A stretch of DNA of 47,276 nucleotides. Source: Toensbergia leucococca. Its lineage: Eukaryota. The notes below the pieces were generated by a model. It was not told the DNA's origin. It searched no databases and saw only the letters and a program-made list of their open reading frames with translations. A program made the position numbers and the translations under genes. The stretch is from assembly GCA_022813965.1 (NCBI GenBank), contig JALDZS010000071.1, positions 62,001-109,276 of the forward strand, read 5' to 3'. Below are positions 44,242 to 47,276 of the stretch, piece by piece. Each line of letters starts with the position of its first letter. The stretch's first letter is position 1.

Positions 44242-45772
44242 TCAGGGTTCCCATGTAGCCACAATGATTGCCGATGCAGAATCTGCCGCCACTCTCTTTG
44301 TACCAGTAAAACTAAATCGCTCGTCAGCCTGTAAAAATAGACTGACCCAGTCTTCTTCTTCACGTTCTCGAGCATTGAATAGCGTCAGCATGTTCATATC
44401 CATGGATCTATAAAAGGCCTTGGAGTCAGTACCCTGACGTATTGAAGCAAAAAGCTGCCAGAAGCATACCGGATACTTCTTTCCTTTGTTATTGACAAGG
44501 TTTTCGGATCCGGTAGCATATGATCATGAACTACGATCTGCGCACCAGACTTCAAGGCGGGAATCAGACTTCGAAGTATCTTGACACAATACGCATCGGA
44601 CCAATCATGGAGTGTATAGCGGATGAAAAACACATCCGCGTCCTTGACAGGTTGCTCTGTGAAGAAGTCATGGGCCATCAATTTGACGCGGTCCGCGACG
44701 CTATTGGGAATATTGTAGCTTGAGTTGGTATCGCTGATTACCTCGGCCAAATCTTGTACAATAAAATGCAAAGATGGAAAGGCTTCTGCGAGGTATGCGC
44801 TCACGTGACCTTGTGAACCTCCTATGTCAACGACCAAGCTCCCGGGCTTCATTTCAATCCAAGGATACGCCTTGGAGAGAAGATCAAGCCCACCAGAACT
44901 TGACATGGCACCGGCAAAGCGCTTTGCGCGTTCGGGATGCTCCCCAAGAAAGGAGAAAAAATGGTTGGTGGTATTATTAGCAAGCGCATAGCCCTTAAAT
45001 ACATTTCATCAATGGGGGGATTCTAAAGAGAATCGAAAGAGACTTTGCAGATCGTATTATTGAAGTTTGAAGGAAAACGTACAGTGGCATTGGGCTCCTG
45101 GCTCTTTCCAAAGATGGAGAGGGCGTCCACTGTCTGAAGCTGCATAAGCAAGCTTGAATTTCGTATCACGAATCAGAAAATATGAACGGACTCTTGCATG
45201 GGCCGGCCAACACTCTTCAAATGTAAGACCTGCAATATCTTGAATCTGTGCACTCTCTACCAACCTCCTCGACGCAGCAGAATGCGCCACAAATCCTTTC
45301 TTAGATTCCTGAAAAATGCGATGATGCACTATAGCATATCATACAATACGGCGTAGGTCGTGCTCATAAAGTTTGCAACGCTCTGCTAGAAGGGCGAAAG
45401 ATATTTCTTCGTCAAGTGGGAATTTAGAGGCTATATTGAAGCGATAGATTGCTTGTATACTGGACATATTTGTCTGTTTCTCTCAGCACTATCTCCATGA
45501 TGGCGTTGAGCAGTGCCAGCTTCCGAGGTACTGACTTCGGGGAGCAGTAGACTGTCGACGCCCTGCAGAAGCTGTTGAAGTTCTATGGCTGCTTCGATGG
45601 CGTTGGTGCGGGCGTCTTTGATCTCTTGGGGACTAGTATCGGGGACTGGGTGTATTGGGCCGTTGATATGGAATGACGGCTGGGGGAGTGCATGACATTG
45701 TATATACTCGTTGACCTTTGCGGTATTCTGGGAAATGATATCTGCCAGCTCGATTATCGTAGGAGAAGACAT
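44242..45772 (-). pseudogene. Fungal secondary-metabolite O-methyltransferase (Methyltransf_2 type) with a premature stop
   Basis: VVDIGGSQGH, AHDFFTEQPVKDADVFFIRYTLHDWSD and FNARERE are present. In-frame TGA at 45341-45339 falls in LRRIV*YAIVHHRIFQE, where the family usually has Arg. Confidence 0.82.
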
Positions 45773-46318
45773 GTTTATTTAGGTATGGGACGTAGTGATA
45801 GAAATGAGCAGGCTGCGATACGAGATGTTTTTACTGGTTTATGGTATTCTATAATAAATTGCGGGAGCTCTACGACTCTATTAATACGAATGGCATGGCT
45901 CACCAGCCCTGTCAACAGATCAATCAGTTGTTGTACAAAGAAAGTACATACACCACTACACACTTGAACCAGTGCCATCAGGACTGGACTTCGCAATGGA
46001 TTAGATGCCACCTTACACAATACGGTACTTGAAGCTAATTCCTCATCTGACTAAAAACAACCCAAGTCGATCGCGCGCAGTAATATGATCGACCAACTGG
46101 GACCACCACCAAAAGTTCAAACTTACTTTTTGAAATTACACATCAACCACAACCTCAATTGACTAGCTGATTCGGCCATCTTACCCTTCTCATCGCTGGG
46201 TATCGTCCCATACCCAGCAATGGTAGGCAAGACGTCATGGCCGGCGTTAGGTCACGCGCCACCTGATTTTCATGAACACGCGCTTCATCTAGCATCAGAG
46301 TCAAAAACCCTATTAGAC

Positions 46319-47225
46319 ATGAATACCATGCCGAAAGAATTAGAGAAACTCTTACCATTCATTAAGAGCGTCTCCCAGTACCTAGAGAAGGCCAGGAACC
46401 GTGCATCAATTGATGACGTTCTCGCTGCCATAAAGAATACTGATGACAAAATCACACTGATCAAGTCATTCACGGATCGCATCCCGATGACGAACACCTT
46501 ATCATCAAAACAATGGCCTGCATTAGGCCCCAAGCCCCTTACACCTTCCCTCATGATGCGCATGCCAGCGAAGGAGAATAGAACAGTCACAGTTAAAATG
46601 ATCAACATCATTGACATCCACCACCTCCGAGAAATTAGCTCAGCAGATATAGTAAAAAGGGTGAACAATAGAATAGAAGAAATGGAAGGTGTAGGGAAAG
46701 GAAGGGTCATAGCAGCGAAACAACTAAAGAGCGGTGACGTGTCCCTGACAGTCAGGGGGGAAGAAGACGCGGTATACCTCTGAAAGGATGATATCTGAAT
46801 GAGAGTTCTAGGCAGGAACACCGAGATCATCATACCCACATATGAAGTTCTAGTCCACGGGATTAAGATCAACGGTAATGATCCCGGTGACCTCAAGATG
46901 GCCGTCAAACCAGAAAATGAAAACGCGTCCAACTTCTCAGATGCGTGCATAAAATATACGGGGTGGCTAACAAGGTCAGCTATGACCAAGAAGGCCTCCT
47001 CCATGATAGTAGAATTCGATAGACCGGAAGACGCAAACCGGGCGATAGATAAAGGGGTGTCGTCAACTCCGAAATAAGAGACTGTGTCTATTATGATAGG
47101 GCTTGTCGCCTGAAACAATGCTTCAGATGCCACAAATATGGCCACATCGGGACTCAATGCTCAGCAACTAACCAGAAATGCGGGCATTGCGCTGGCAACC
47201 ATGACACGACGTCGTGTACGTATCA
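46319..47225 (+). mobile_element. Degenerate Tad1-like LINE ORF1 (gag-like)
   Basis: AAKQLKSGDV, YEVLVHGI, WLT...KKASSMIVEF...ANRAI and zinc knuckles CFRCHKYGHIGTQC and CGHCAGNHDTTSC. Stops at 46781 and 46796 and a frameshift near 47055. Confidence 0.88.
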
Positions 47226-47276
47226 TGTAATTGGCCGCTTTGACTACCAAACTGGGCGAGTTCAGTAGTTCTCTTA

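Noticed and set aside
37565..45772. SDR plus O-methyltransferase as a secondary-metabolite cluster
   Set aside because: No PKS, NRPS or terpene synthase, transporter or regulator is adjacent in this window. Both genes are disrupted and separated by unrelated genes.
46285..47157. 290-aa antisense ORF over LINE ORF1
   Set aside because: Shadow frame of an A-rich gag sequence with no recognisable motifs.

Overview
A 47 kb piece of a filamentous ascomycete (Pezizomycotina) nuclear chromosome, with short GT-AG introns and CTRAY branch sites. The left ~33.7 kb is a dense block of mostly conserved genes: MSH3, a Zn2Cys6 transcription factor, a FAR-17a/AIG1-like membrane protein (missed by the ORF track), IRE1, CCT2, PCH2, a CSC1/OSCA channel, an F-box protein, U6 snRNA, an F-box-like protein, PEX10, ERD1 and a small orphan gene. 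It also holds a candidate intron-encoded box C/D snoRNA and a CpG-free repeat relic at ~5 kb. From ~33.9 kb the window becomes an accessory, decaying region: a diverged direct repeat, three disrupted genes (HeLo-like/ubiquitin-like, SDR, O-methyltransferase), a solo LTR with a perfect 5-bp TSD, an intact TLDc gene and a dead Tad1-like LINE ORF1. The most notable item is an intact, intronless ORF (39225-40634, minus) whose C-terminal half has chymotrypsin-fold motifs with a predicted His-Asp-Cys triad, suggesting a cellular 3C-like cysteine protease. All gene models were built by eye, and family calls come from recognising motifs, not from database searches.
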